A stretch of DNA of 64,000 nucleotides from positions 744,001 to 808,000 of the forward strand of contig JAYWIR010000049.1 in the NCBI GenBank assembly GCA_036172245.1. The letters are read 5' to 3'. A model generated the notes under the pieces. It worked only from the letters and a program-made list of their open reading frames with translations. It did no database searches and was not told the origin of the DNA. The translations under genes and the position numbers were made by a program. The stretch comes from Raillietiella orientalis. Taxonomy: Eukaryota. Of this stretch, positions 12,001-22,699 are shown one piece after another. The first letter of the stretch is position 1. Each line of letters begins with the position of its first letter.

Positions 12001-15000
12001 GCGGGATACGCGTCCCCAGTTTTATCCCATCCCCATCCCCTAAGCATAGGAGTTCGCTGAGAAAGGCGGCAGCGGGAGGGAGGAGAAGAGGATTCCCGGG
12101 AAATCGAACGGGGAGCAGGATCGCGCCCGTGGAAGTCGACCATCACCAGGCCATTCAGAGGGAGTCCGACGACTCTTCTGCATAGAAGAGCGCCTCCCCC
12201 CTTCCATCCCCGAAATCTTTCGAGACTGCTCGCCTCCCAGGGCGTTCCCTGCAACGGATATCCAGAAACTCCCAAAGGGTCGCATTCCAGGAAAGGTCCT
12301 CGCCGCCAGGAACCCGTACACCCCCATCCCGGGAAAGCCATCGTTTTTCCAGGGAGAAGGGCGCCCCCTTTCCTTTCCTGCCGTGGAGGACTCGTCCTGG
12401 AACACCCGTGGAGGGAAGCGTTCCCCACACCCGGGAAACGTCCCGACGGATCGTGATTTTTTCCCTGAAACAGGGGAGGCGGGAAGGACGAGAGAGGGAG
12501 AGAAAGGGGGAAGGGTTCACTCCCGGAAATCGCTTCGCCGTGGAGAGAAAACCGGTAATTGCCGGAGAGCACGCGTCCTGTATTCCGGATCTCGGAAGCG
12601 CGTCGCTGCCTCTGGGATGCCTTCCGGATAGGCGCCAGACCTCCCCTCTCCCCACCCCACCCTGCAAGAGCACTGCGCCTCCGCAGTGCTCTTGCAGGGC
12701 CCGAGATCCCGCGGCTGGGAGGTCGACCGGGAGCGCGTCCCAGCCTGAATCTCCGCCCTCCCCGCGACCACGCTTCATCCCTACGGGGAGCCTGGTACCC
12801 CCCTCCCCCCTTCGGAATTCCGGGACAGTAGGCAGGGGGAAACTGTAGGAAGAGGAAAGGTGAGCAGTCCCGGAGGCGGCTGCGAGGAATTCCCATAAGG
12901 CAGCACGGGTGGAACGGAGTGGAGGCCTCTCTTCCCCTACTACTACTTCCTCCTCCGCCCTTCGTGTCGAACTCTTCCCCGTTCCCCTGCTTCCCTGCTC
13001 GCGAGGAGCGCCCTCGTTGGACGGCGCTGAGGCTGTCGCCACCGCATGAAGTTGCTCGTGGCACTGGAGCTCCCAAGCCGGACCGCCGCCGCCGCCGAGG
13101 GTTCTCCCCGCTTCTCCCGGGGGCAACCAACCGCGTGGCGGAGACCAGTGAGCTCGAGCAGTTTGACCTCCGGCAGCCTCCGCGTGCGGCGTCACCACTC
13201 GGAACGCGGGAGGAGACCGGGGCAGAGGGGGGACTCTGGAACGAGAAAGGGGTGGAGGGCGGAGGAGGAACGCTGCTGCTGCTGCTACTTCTGTTGCTGC
13301 TGCTGCTGTTCTCGCCTCCGTACGCCTGGATGCGTGAGGGATAATGCGGGGGAGGAGGGAAGGAGGAAGCTGCAGCGCGCGGGATAATGGTGGGAGGAGC
13401 GCCCGGAGTCATTAGTGGGAAGGAGGAGGAAAAGAGGAGGAGGGGGAGGGGAAGGGGGACTCCGGCCGAGCGATTCGGCGACGCGCCCGCCCGGAGAGGG
13501 GCGACTGACAGGGCGGAAACGGGCGGATTGATGGGGGCCATAAAAGCCGATGGCGGCGGAAGCGGCGACAGCGATCGAGGGAGCTTCCTTTATGGTCCCT
13601 CCCTTCCCCCACCCCTCCTTCCCCGGTCCCCCCCATTTCTCATAGACGAGTCATTTGCTTTCGACGCGCGCGCGCGCGCTCGGATCGCATGCCGCGGAGC
13701 ACCTCCGGAGGGGGAGGAGGAGGCAGGAAGCGCCCTGCTCTCGCTTCCCACACCAACGGAAAAGAAATTCGTCCTCTGGGAGGAATTTCTTTTCCGTTGG
13801 TGCGGGAAGGAGGAGATGCGTCCTCTGGGAGGAGGAGGATGCACCCTCCCGCATCCGCGCTGTTCAGTTCCCCTCCCTTCGGGTTCTGCATCGAAAAAGA
13901 AAAAAAAACTCGCCTGCTGACCGCTAGGTGGTGGTCAAGCAGGATGGAAGAACGCTCGACACTTGTACCTCCCCTCCGCAGCGTCCTGCGCGTGGGAAAC
14001 ACGGAGGGGAGGGAGAAGAAGGAGCGTAAATTCGGAGGGAGAGGCGGCCCTTCTCCTTCTCTCTTCCCGCGCGCCTCCCCCATGTGATGCATGTACGGGA
14101 GCACCTCCTCCTTCTCAGATCCTGGGATGCAGCCGTCGGTCCAGCACCGACGCTTCTGCGCGCTGTCCGGAAGAGCAGGGCGAAGAAGGAAAGGGGAAAA
14201 GAGAGAGGCGCGTGGGGCGGGACGCTTCCCCCCCCCCACTCCACCCTCACTGCCCCTTCCCTCTCCCCTGCGAAAGCGTTGCGGGGGCGGAGATCGAAAG
14301 GAGACGAGGGACCCGTAGATTCCAGGAAAACCCAGTGGTCTCTCGCTACCGTCCCCATCCCTTCCTCATCAGGTCCTGCGGGCCCTTCGGGAAGAGAGGG
14401 AACCAGTCCCTTGCCTCCCAGCAGCGGCCCTCCTGAGGTCCACGGGAACGCGCTCGTGGAGAGAGAGGGCTGCACCTGGGAGATGCGCTACATGGACATC
14501 CCCTGCACGTCGCCTCCCATGTCCTTCGGAAAGACCACTCCCCATCCACCCTCATCCCGTTCTGAGCATCCGAGGGATGCGTCTGCACGGATCGCACCGC
14601 TCGGCATCTGATTCCCCCCCCTCTCACATTTCATCCCTTCCTTTTGCTCCTCTCCAGCCGAGAGGACGCCGGACCGAGGAAGCCCGCGGTCGAGGGGACG
14701 CTCGAAACCACCGTGGGAGTGAGGGGGGGGAACATTCCTGTCCCTCCTTTCTCTTCTTCCTTCATTCCTCCGTCCTCCACCTCCTCCTCCTCGGGACGGG
14801 AGCGGGGATCGGCGAGGTCTCCTGCCCAACCGGGGGAGTGAAGGCCGAAACTAAGGATGGATCCGAAATGCCTCTGGAGACCGGGTCAGAAGGGGCCGCG
14901 GTCAGCGTGAAAGGAGAGCGGGCGAGAAGGCCCCTCAAAATCGGGATGCGCGATGCGTCCTTGGCCTCTCCTCCCTTCCTGATGACCCCCCCCCCCTCCT

Positions 15001-15689
15001 GGGAAAACGCCATGTCACCGCAGAGGTTTTCACTCGTAAAGCGACTCCTCCCTCAAGAATTTCCGGGACCACGTCCTCTGCCAGAGGTCCCATTCCCCCC
15101 TTGCCCTGACGTTCTTTTCCCTTACCCTTTTTCCTGGAATTTCTCGGAACCGAATTGCAGGGAAGGAAAAAAAATAGGAGGAGTAGGAAAGAGATGGCTA
15201 AAAAAAAGGCGATGAAACGCGCCTGTCCCGTGACCCACTCTGCCCTCCTCGACACTTCCCAGAAGCAACGGAGTTGACTTGAGAAAGCAGAGTGGAGAGT
15301 GAAGCCAGGGAGGAAAGAAGGGGGAGAGGAGGGGGTCGAGTGAGACAAAAAAAAAGGAAGACGTGCCGTCGCCATAGGCCCTCTCGCAGGCTCGAACAAC
15401 GCCCGTGTGGAGCCGCCGGCACCAAGTCGGCTCCGGCATCTTCGGAAGGCTTCCGGAAAGGTGGTGAGAGGAAGATGGAGAAGAGAGGAACAGCTGGTTG
15501 TCGTTCCCGGAGAACCAGAGGCTAAGAGTGGAAGAGGGGGGATCTGGAGGAGAGAGGAGCCCCCCGGGAAAGCAACCCCCCCCCCCGTGCTCGCGAGGGG
15601 AGACGGGGAGGACGGGGAGATCAGCCCCGTTTACCTTTCACCGCGTTCAGCTGACTCCCCACCATCTGCTTCGCCAGGAAGGCTGCCAT
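1..15689 (-). CDS. cpx: Complexin (synaphin), spliced; 3' part lies beyond the left edge of the window
   Basis: Exons 15635-15689, 6969-7126 and <1-23 join in frame with GT-AG sites. The product is MAAFLAKQMVGSQLNAVK-GQISGGDSSNDVEKEEAERERLEAIREAEERRKEKHRKMEEERESMRQEIRDK-YHIKKRE..., which matches the arthropod complexin N-terminus and SNARE-binding central helix. Confidence 0.95.
85..102. repeat. (GC)9 dinucleotide tract
   Basis: Read directly. Similar tracts at 13665-13678 and 15792-15803. Confidence 0.9.
1100..4210 (-). pseudogene. Decayed LRR-GPCR (LGR) relic A, nested in complexin intron
   Basis: Ordered fragments across frames: N-cap/first LRR CPQGQLTSLPCEVASSARA..VDFSGG (about 3600-3700); LRRs FRTMSPRFSG and PTAGPPSAFQL (about 2830-2960); hinge (about 2270-2420); TM2-TM3 SLSDIAEATWMLVAVS..IIWSSGM..ALSLLGVPESASFL (about 1880-2070); ECL2 DSFYHLGVRSLP; TM7-like WTSEEPVVPQNS. 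Confidence 0.65.
5225..5880 (+). repeat. 656-bp segment duplicated in inverted orientation at 44139-44794
   Basis: Reverse-complement match. The ORF translations of the two copies are almost identical, and about three substitutions were seen by eye. Confidence 0.97.
6969..7126 (-). CDS. cpx: Complexin second coding exon (accessory and central helix)
   Basis: tttcag acceptor, GTAACA donor, 158 nt, phase compatible with both neighbours; encodes EAEERRKEKHRKMEEERESMRQEIRDK. Confidence 0.96.
9350..12800 (-). pseudogene. Decayed LGR relic C, nested in complexin intron 1
   Basis: N-cap-like QCSCR..AYPEGIPEAATR (about 12600-12680); LRRs FLAARTFPGMRPFGSFWISVAGNAL (about 12240-12310) and EDLPLSRRRLQAVQP; hinge LSRCGGLRKARTRGLLRVLVAF (about 10490-10560); ECL1-TM3 DGWTAALCPMTWDG..SAVVLLLSFL. 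Confidence 0.62.
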
Positions 15690-18550
15690 GGCGACGAGAC
15701 TCGGCGCTCAGCAGGACGAGAAGACGCTGCAAAGACGAAGAGCACAGTGAGAGCACACGGCGGCTGCGGCGGCTGCAGCAGCGGCCGCGCTCGCGCGCGC
15801 GCGGGCCCAGTGTGTCCCGCGTGCGGCACGCGATGACGTTTCGGCTCGCTCGCTCTCCCCCCTTCCCCCCTCCCCTTTCGCTTCGGACGGGATCTCGGGT
15901 CCACGGCGGCGGGAGGCAGAGAGCCGCCAGAGGTGAGAGCTGACTCTGTTTCCCACCGTCCGCATCTTTCCATCCCACCCGTCGCCGTTCCCGGGTTGCG
16001 GTGACAACGCCCGCTCGCAAGAGGGCGGTGGGGGAGGAGGGCAGATCTCGAGGAAGCTCTGGATGCCTCCTCTCCCACCTCACTCTCTGCCATCCTCACT
16101 CCCCCGGAGGAGGACGGGAGCTGCTCCGGGAGGAGCGATCGATGCCGCCACGGAGAGAGGCGGGCCGCGCCCTGGAGACGCCGCGGGCGAGGCGCCACCC
16201 TTCGCTCCACCGGGCCTTGAGCGGGGGGGGCAAAGGTGCGAGGAAAGGGTCGCAATGTACTCCTCTCCTCCATCCTCCCCTTGCATTCTGACCTTGCGGA
16301 GATGGACACGCGGGCCGAGGGTGCTCTGTACCCACGAAGTCGGGGGAGATGCGAAGACGAACGCCTCGGAGAGGTGCCTCCCGTCGCCGTGGCGACAAGG
16401 CCGACCCGTCCGCTGCCTCCTATCCTCCACTCTCTGCAATGCTGGCAGTGGATGCAAGAAGAAGAGAGGGAAAGGGGGAGGGGGTGACAAGCAGGGAAGG
16501 GGGTGAGAGAGAGGAGACGAAAGAAGGGAGCGGGGGGGGGAATGTCAGGAGGAGGGTCGTCGCCACCGCCGTCAGGAGAAACGCGTCGTTTCCAGGAGAA
16601 CCTCCGCCGAACACGACTGGCGACGATGGGAGGAGCGTCCCTTCCTCTGGAATCCGCTCCGCCCCCGCTCCGCCCCCTTCCCGACCAGCAGGCACTTCAA
16701 GTGCGCTTCCCCTGTCCTTTTCCGGGAACGGGAAGGGGAACTTTCAAACCGGGTGAGGAGCCGAAGAAGGCGGAGGACCGCCGTGCGCAATACCCAAGGC
16801 GATGGTGTCGGGTGCCTCCAGTGACCGGATGACTTCATCCGGTCCAAGTTTTCTTCCTTTCGCCTGTGCCAGCCTCGTCTCGGGAGCGAATGCTGACCGT
16901 CTTCCCACGGGGACGTCACGCCCCCACTTTCCGTCCCACTCCTCCCGACTTCCCACGGGGTTCCTTTGCGAGGAGGACGGAGGGGAAAGGGGGGAGAGGG
17001 CAACTCCTGCAAGCGGCTGCTCGACCCCCTCGAGGAGGATTCCCTCAGGAAAAAAAGTCAATAAGGAATCACCTCGCAGGCGCCTCTCAGCAGGACTGGG
17101 TTGGCCACCGCGCCGCCGCTGCAGGAACACGGAGAACTCTCCCCCTACGAAACGCAGCCGCTCGGAAGGGAAACGAAGGGGAGGGGGGAGGAAATAGTGG
17201 GTGGAGATGGAGAGGGATTGGGGGACGGAAAATGCGTATGCAGCCCTCCGGAGTGCTCTTCGCGTCCTCTGTGAGGAGGCGGTATCACCGGACTCACTGT
17301 GAGAATCTCGTGAGGAAAAAAATCGAACCTTCCCCGTTCTTCTCCTCACGCTCCGAGGTGGTGGGGACCCCCAGAGGGTCGTCCGCCCATCACATCCCGT
17401 CGCGGCTTCCTCAGGAAAGATTTTTCCGCGCGCGAATCCGCTTGGAGGCAGCACCTGCGGGAGCGAAGAAGCGACAGGCGTTCTTGATCTTCCTGCGGAC
17501 CTTTCTCCTTCTCCCTCTAGCTGTTGCCGCCTCCGCCTCCTCTTCCGCTGCTTTGGCAGCACCACGAGTCATGGAGCGGCTGTTCACTGCACCAGACCCG
17601 GCGACGTCAGAGGGCTGGGCAGGAGATGAGCTGCGAAAGCGTCAGGCAAAGCACAGCGCCGGACGGACGTGGACGATTGGCAGCGGTCCGAGGATGTGGA
17701 TGGCTGTAAACCCGTAAGAGGGGAGGAAAAGGAACTTCAGAAGGGGGGAGGGGGGGGGGCAGCAGCCTCCTCGCAGGAGGAGGAAGCGTTCCCGGCCGTG
17801 CGAAGGGAGGGAGTCGCTTGAGCCAATTGGGCCTCACTGCGATCCCCTCGAAGAGACCCAGCATGGCAACCGCAGCCAATGGCCGATGTAGGGGAAGAGG
17901 ACGGGGCAGCTGCCTGTTTCCCGCGTGCGCGTCCAGACCACACTCACAGACCTCATTCTTTCTGGACGAAAGGGAGCAGGGGAGCCGTGGATAAGAGACG
18001 AGGAAGGAAGAAGCAAAGAAAATCCTCGTTCCCTCTCCTGGTCTGTGGGGAAGAATGGGACTCCGCTGCAGACTACCTTCTCCTCCTCCTCCCGATGTCT
18101 GCAGCACGCTCTCCGAGAGGTGGGGAGCTGCATCGATCCCATCATCGTACGGCAGGGCTGCTGGTGGTCGTCGTGTCTTCCCGACACGCCATTTCGGTCG
18201 GTTCCGACCCACCAACGCATCGCGTGTATCTTCCGCGGGGACAACCGGGATCTGGATGAGAATACTACTAGGTGGCGCAGGGGGCGATACGGAAGACGAG
18301 CGGCGGGAGGCGAGCAAGAGAGTTTTTTCCAAAACCATCATATTCGAAAAGGTCGTAACGGGGGAGAGGACCGCAGATTCGAGAGAGATCGGGGGCGACG
18401 GTGCGAAGAGTTCTTTTTGCCTAAGGGCAAGTTTTGGCGAGCGAGTGCTATCGGCAGGCGGTGCCTTTCCCGCAGCGCAAACAACCGCTCCTCCTTGGAT
18501 GGACCGCAACGACAGCAGCTTCTCCGGTTCCAAGAAACGAGAGCATCTCC
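14300..18550 (-). pseudogene. Decayed LGR relic D, apparently straddling complexin exon 1
   Basis: N-cap-like GGAVVCAAG and LRR VTTFSNMMVLEKTLLLASRRSSSVSPPA (about 18270-18500); LRR LRGDSLLTFFPEGILLEGV (about 17020-17080); weak hinge/ECL1 at about 16.1-16.4 kb. Downstream of the complexin exon: TM5-like ARFIAFFLAISFLLLLFFFLPC (about 15155-15225) and TM6-like GVALRVKTSAVTW. Confidence 0.55.
15635..15689 (-). CDS. cpx: Complexin first coding exon (MAAFLAKQMVGSQLNAVK/G)
   Basis: ATG at 15689 in a gccATGG context and donor GTAAAC after 15635. An upstream acceptor (ctcac...tctttgcag) puts the exon start at 15726, implying a further 5' non-coding exon. Confidence 0.93.
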
Positions 18551-18749
18551 CCTAGGGAGTTTTCGTCGAGGAATGGCTAAGGAAGGGACCGAAGCGGAGT
18601 TTGAGGGAGGAAGGCAGGGGTGGTGAGTTGCCCTCTTCCTTCTCTCTCCCTCCCCCCTTCCCGACAGATTAAAGGAGTCCACTGTCGATGTTCATCCTTC
18701 CTGAGGAAGCCAGAGTCCGCTCTTGCAGGGGACAGCCTTCAACGAAAGT

Positions 18750-21700
18750 TGCGCGCGTCAGAGGTGGCGAGCTGAAGGGAGGGAAGGGAAGGAATTCTTG
18801 CAAACCCACAGCTTCCGGCGTGTGCCCAATGATGGGGGCTCTCGCAAAGTCTGTGCCCTTGCAAAGTCAACTCGTGCTGCCCCTCTTCCAGAATCCACCA
18901 CCGCACGGTTCGAGTTGATGTGGCAGTGGAGGCGGCAGAGACGCTCACCCACTCGTTCGCTGGAGGGTGAAGACCACTGCTGCCTTCGAAGCGCCTAGCG
19001 GGTGATCTGGAGGCTGAACACCCATGACCTTTGCCCGCTTCCAAGCCCGGGAGCATTCCTGGCTCCATGTCACATGCCATAATGCTGACTTGTGTCCCGT
19101 GGCAGTGCTTGGAGATTACAGGTGTTATCACCTCTGTAGCTCGTCTTTGGGATAACCCGTGCCCCGGTCAGAGGTCGCGTCGCCGTCCTTCAGCACTCGA
19201 TCCCTCGAATCGCTTCCAGAGATGTCAAACACACTGGCAAGGTCGCTTCCCGGCCAGCTTGGCCAATCTCGAAGGCTCTCCACGGTGAATCACATCATCG
19301 GAAGAACTCAGCTTCACAAAGTGCCCTGCCCGAAGTTCGGGGAGCCACCAGAAGTCGATTCGAAGCGTAACTGGAGCAACGAGAGGATCGCTTGGCCAGC
19401 CGCATGCCGTGGTGCCCCTCTCATCGCGGGAGGAACGCTCAGGAACGTGTCGACGATAGGCTGTCTTCAACAGAACGAAAGTTTCGAGACGCCAACTGCG
19501 CGAACTCCTGAATCGACAACTCCTTGGTCTCCGCTTTGGCAACAGATGCTTTTCTCTCAAGATGCCTCAACATGCCATCTCTCTCAAGTCCTTCCAATCG
19601 CAGGCTAATTTTTTTCCGAGAGGGACATGTCCGGGTTGTGCTCCGGCGCTGCTCCCGACCCCTGGTGAGAGATACGTGACCTGAGTGATGATGGTTTCTT
19701 CAGCATCTGCCTCGAGTTTCCACTTCCAGCCGAAGGGAGAGTGGACTCTCTACTGCAGATCATAACTTGTGCCATGCAGATCCAAAGTAACTTGAAAGAG
19801 CGGTTTTCCTCAAAATGGACAATTTTTGGTACTTTGCCGATGCGAGGGGTTCTCTGCGATTCGTCTCACTGACTCCTCTGGGCGAAAACCGTTGGATCCA
19901 ATCCGAATGGAATCGCTACACGCTACCCACGTGTCACTGAAACTCGAGAAATGGCGGCAAGGAAAATGGAAGCTTCCTGCATGACGAGCGTATTGAAATG
20001 GAAGACTAAGACAAATACTACTGAAAGAGAAGTCGGCGAACACTTCGCTCTGTTTGGGTCCTTCCGGAAAACTTTATGGGCACGTCTTTGTTCTTTTGCG
20101 ATGGGACTAACAAGAACTTCAACAAGGGAAAGTCCGCGCGATTTGCTGGAAGGCTGGAAGATGAGCTCGAAGAAGTTGATTCTAAGATTTCGTGGGGAGC
20201 GATAGATCATCAACAAAACGATCATTGGGTATGCCACTTCTGTCTTCTTCACAAGTCAAGTTTTGTTTTCATCCCGGGTGTTGGCATTCAAGCTGGAAGC
20301 TGGAAAACACAAAATCCTCCTGAACAGAAATTGGTGCCTCCGGACTCGAGCGCATCTCTCTCCGAAGACCAAGGGACACTGGAAAGGACCACTGCGCTTT
20401 AAAACAGGTTCTCCGCCGTTTCAGTGATTTCGTGGACTGCGTGAACAACACGAGTTCTCCTATTCCCGCGATTTCTTTTTCCTTTTTCTCATTTCCTTTT
20501 CTTCTTGCACACGAAGACAAGACTACATTGGTCTCTCAGGGATCTTTTTATTTCTACCTCTCTCTAAGGCATTTTCCAGCAAACTAGGGTCTCGTCATAA
20601 GTTGAAACCTGCAATCGCCTCCGTGATACGGGACTTGGATGGGAGTCCAGAAGTCTTCGTGTTGTCCTTTGCGACCCTGCACCCTTATGGGAGGCTTTCC
20701 ATCCAGGAGTTGTTTGGAGCAAGGACTAAGAGCAGCGCAACGACCGAGAAACTGAAAAGTCCAGCTGACGAGAGCTGACGAACATTTGCGTCGCGATTCA
20801 TCGGTCTCCTGACGATTTACATGTTCCAGATCGGTACTCCTGCTCGCACACGCTTTTTTTCTGGAAGCTGTCATTGCTCTCCTGCTTCGGATCTTTGAAC
20901 GATCACTTTGAACAGTCCTCTTCATTCATGAAGGTGCATGTGCATGTGCAGCTGCAGTCCCGAAACGATTTCAGCGTGCCAGATGCGAAGAACCCGGGAT
21001 GTTGCCGTGAACGTCCCTATTGAGACCTTAGATGGAAGCCTGGTGCTTTCTTGGGCGCAACACGAACGTAAGTGTTGCTGCAACGTCTCGTTCTTCAGTG
21101 AAGCTGATCAGCATGCTGCTTATCGATCCCTACTACGAGGGCTGAGGGACCTGTTCTGCTACAGTCCTGCACAACTCTCTCTCTCCTGAGCATCGTTATC
21201 GTCACGGGCTCATCGCAGGATGACCCGTTTTCGTGGCTTAGGCAACCTGTATGATTTGGTTGCTCCTTCCTTCACAATCTATCGAAAACATGGGAAAAGG
21301 TCGTGAAAAAAAAAATCGAAAAGGTAATAGAGCACACGAAAGAATGGAAAGGCGGTGCTCACAGCAGACGCACACTTTCTCCCTTCAACCCTTACGTGTC
21401 CTCGCATCCTTCTTGGTTCTTCCTAATTGAAGTTGGATATCCAGCTGAATCGAATGTGCACGACGGCGTTCTCCGAGATGTCCCGGGTAGGCATTTACAG
21501 CCATATTTCGAAATCAGGATTGCCACTTTGCCGAAACGCAAATATTGCAGGTTCGGCACGATTCCTTAAAAGGATGGTAAGAGAGCCCTTAAAGGTTGTA
21601 TGAGGCTACTGGTGAGGAACACGGATGGCTCGACGACAAATGATTAGGTAGACTTGCCGTCATCATCAGACAACGCGTACGGAAAACAAAAGACTGGTTT

Positions 21701-22430
21701 CTGAGAGTGACTCTGGCCTGGTCACATGCTTTTTCATGTACAGTGATTGGGATCGCATTGTATGGCAAATAGGGACCAATTTGCCTACAGTGCAGTGACT
21801 CTTTCTTCGAAGACAAGGAACGAATGCACAGCGAGGAAAGTGATTTCAAGCAGATCGCCACCTCTTCACGGCGATTAATCACTACAAGAGATAATAAACA
21901 CTGATGTGCGGTATGTCCATAGGAAAGTTCACTTGAAAAGAGCGGAGCATTCTTTTTGTTTGTTTGTTTGCAAAGCATTTGCTGATGGACACGAGGACAC
22001 GGTCAGTCGAAACTAAAAGTTCATGCCGATGGCAACCAACACGCGTACGTCCCCACTTTGGGATCCCCTCTCGACTGAAGGTACACAGAACACTTTCCGA
22101 TTATTTTTTTCCCCTCCCTTTTTATCCCAGCATTTTCGTTTTCTCTATCTGGAATATCGCACCCCATTAGTCTCACATGGTTCGGAATCGGGATAAACTA
22201 CAACTGATGCTCGAGTTGGGATGCGTTCTCTGCGTTCTAAAGAAAGGCCATATTTTCCTGGGAAGAGGGGAGAGAATCCAGAGTGTCAGGGATCATGAGG
22301 AAATATGCGCTCAGCGTGTCGTCAAGAGCACGTAAGGCAAACTTCTCCTGTATGGGTAAACACTCCAAGAGAACCCTAAGCACAAAATATTCGTTCCCGT
22401 AACCAGGGGTGCATGTACTCTGGACTTTCG
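18750..22430 (-). pseudogene. Decayed LGR relic E
   Basis: LRRs YLPYNAIPITVHEKA, GIVPNLQYLRFGK and LLDGKPPIRV; hinge PEAPISVQEDF; TM1 IVLLMIYRSPRNLRINFFELIF; TM3 NTLVMQEASIFLAAISRVSVTRG*RVAIPFG; TM5 ETFVLLKTAY; TM6 MRLAKR / RIDFWWLP, all in the correct order. Confidence 0.7.
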
Positions 22431-22699
22431 TCACTCCGGTGCTTGACTGCTTCTAAACTTCGCTAATTACGTGCAGCGCGAACCCAACTTGTGCGTCCCA
22501 GTGGTACGGTAAGGTTACCAAGGCGCAGCTTCGAACGAACGAATTCTCCGGGCACGGGGGAGTGGGGAGGGGGGAAGAGGGGGGGGGGAGGAAGAATCAT
22601 GTGACGCGAATACATACGGCGCCGGATTTTCCCTTTTGTTTCTGGTTTTCCTTTGCGGGAATACTTCTTCTGCAAGCGGTACGTGCAATTTCTCGGGAA

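Noticed and set aside
11955..13541. 528-aa minus-strand ORF and the many other long overlapping ORFs in 1-19 kb
   Set aside because: Low-complexity Pro/Ser/Arg/Gly translations open in several frames at once, as expected from high GC. They do not form a coherent protein.
18700..21250. BEL/Pao LTR retrotransposon reading (RFVDDL, RRHVPE and RWWIL look-alikes on the minus strand)
   Set aside because: The matches are isolated and no LTRs are visible. The same DNA gives a more complete, correctly ordered LRR-hinge-7TM pattern.
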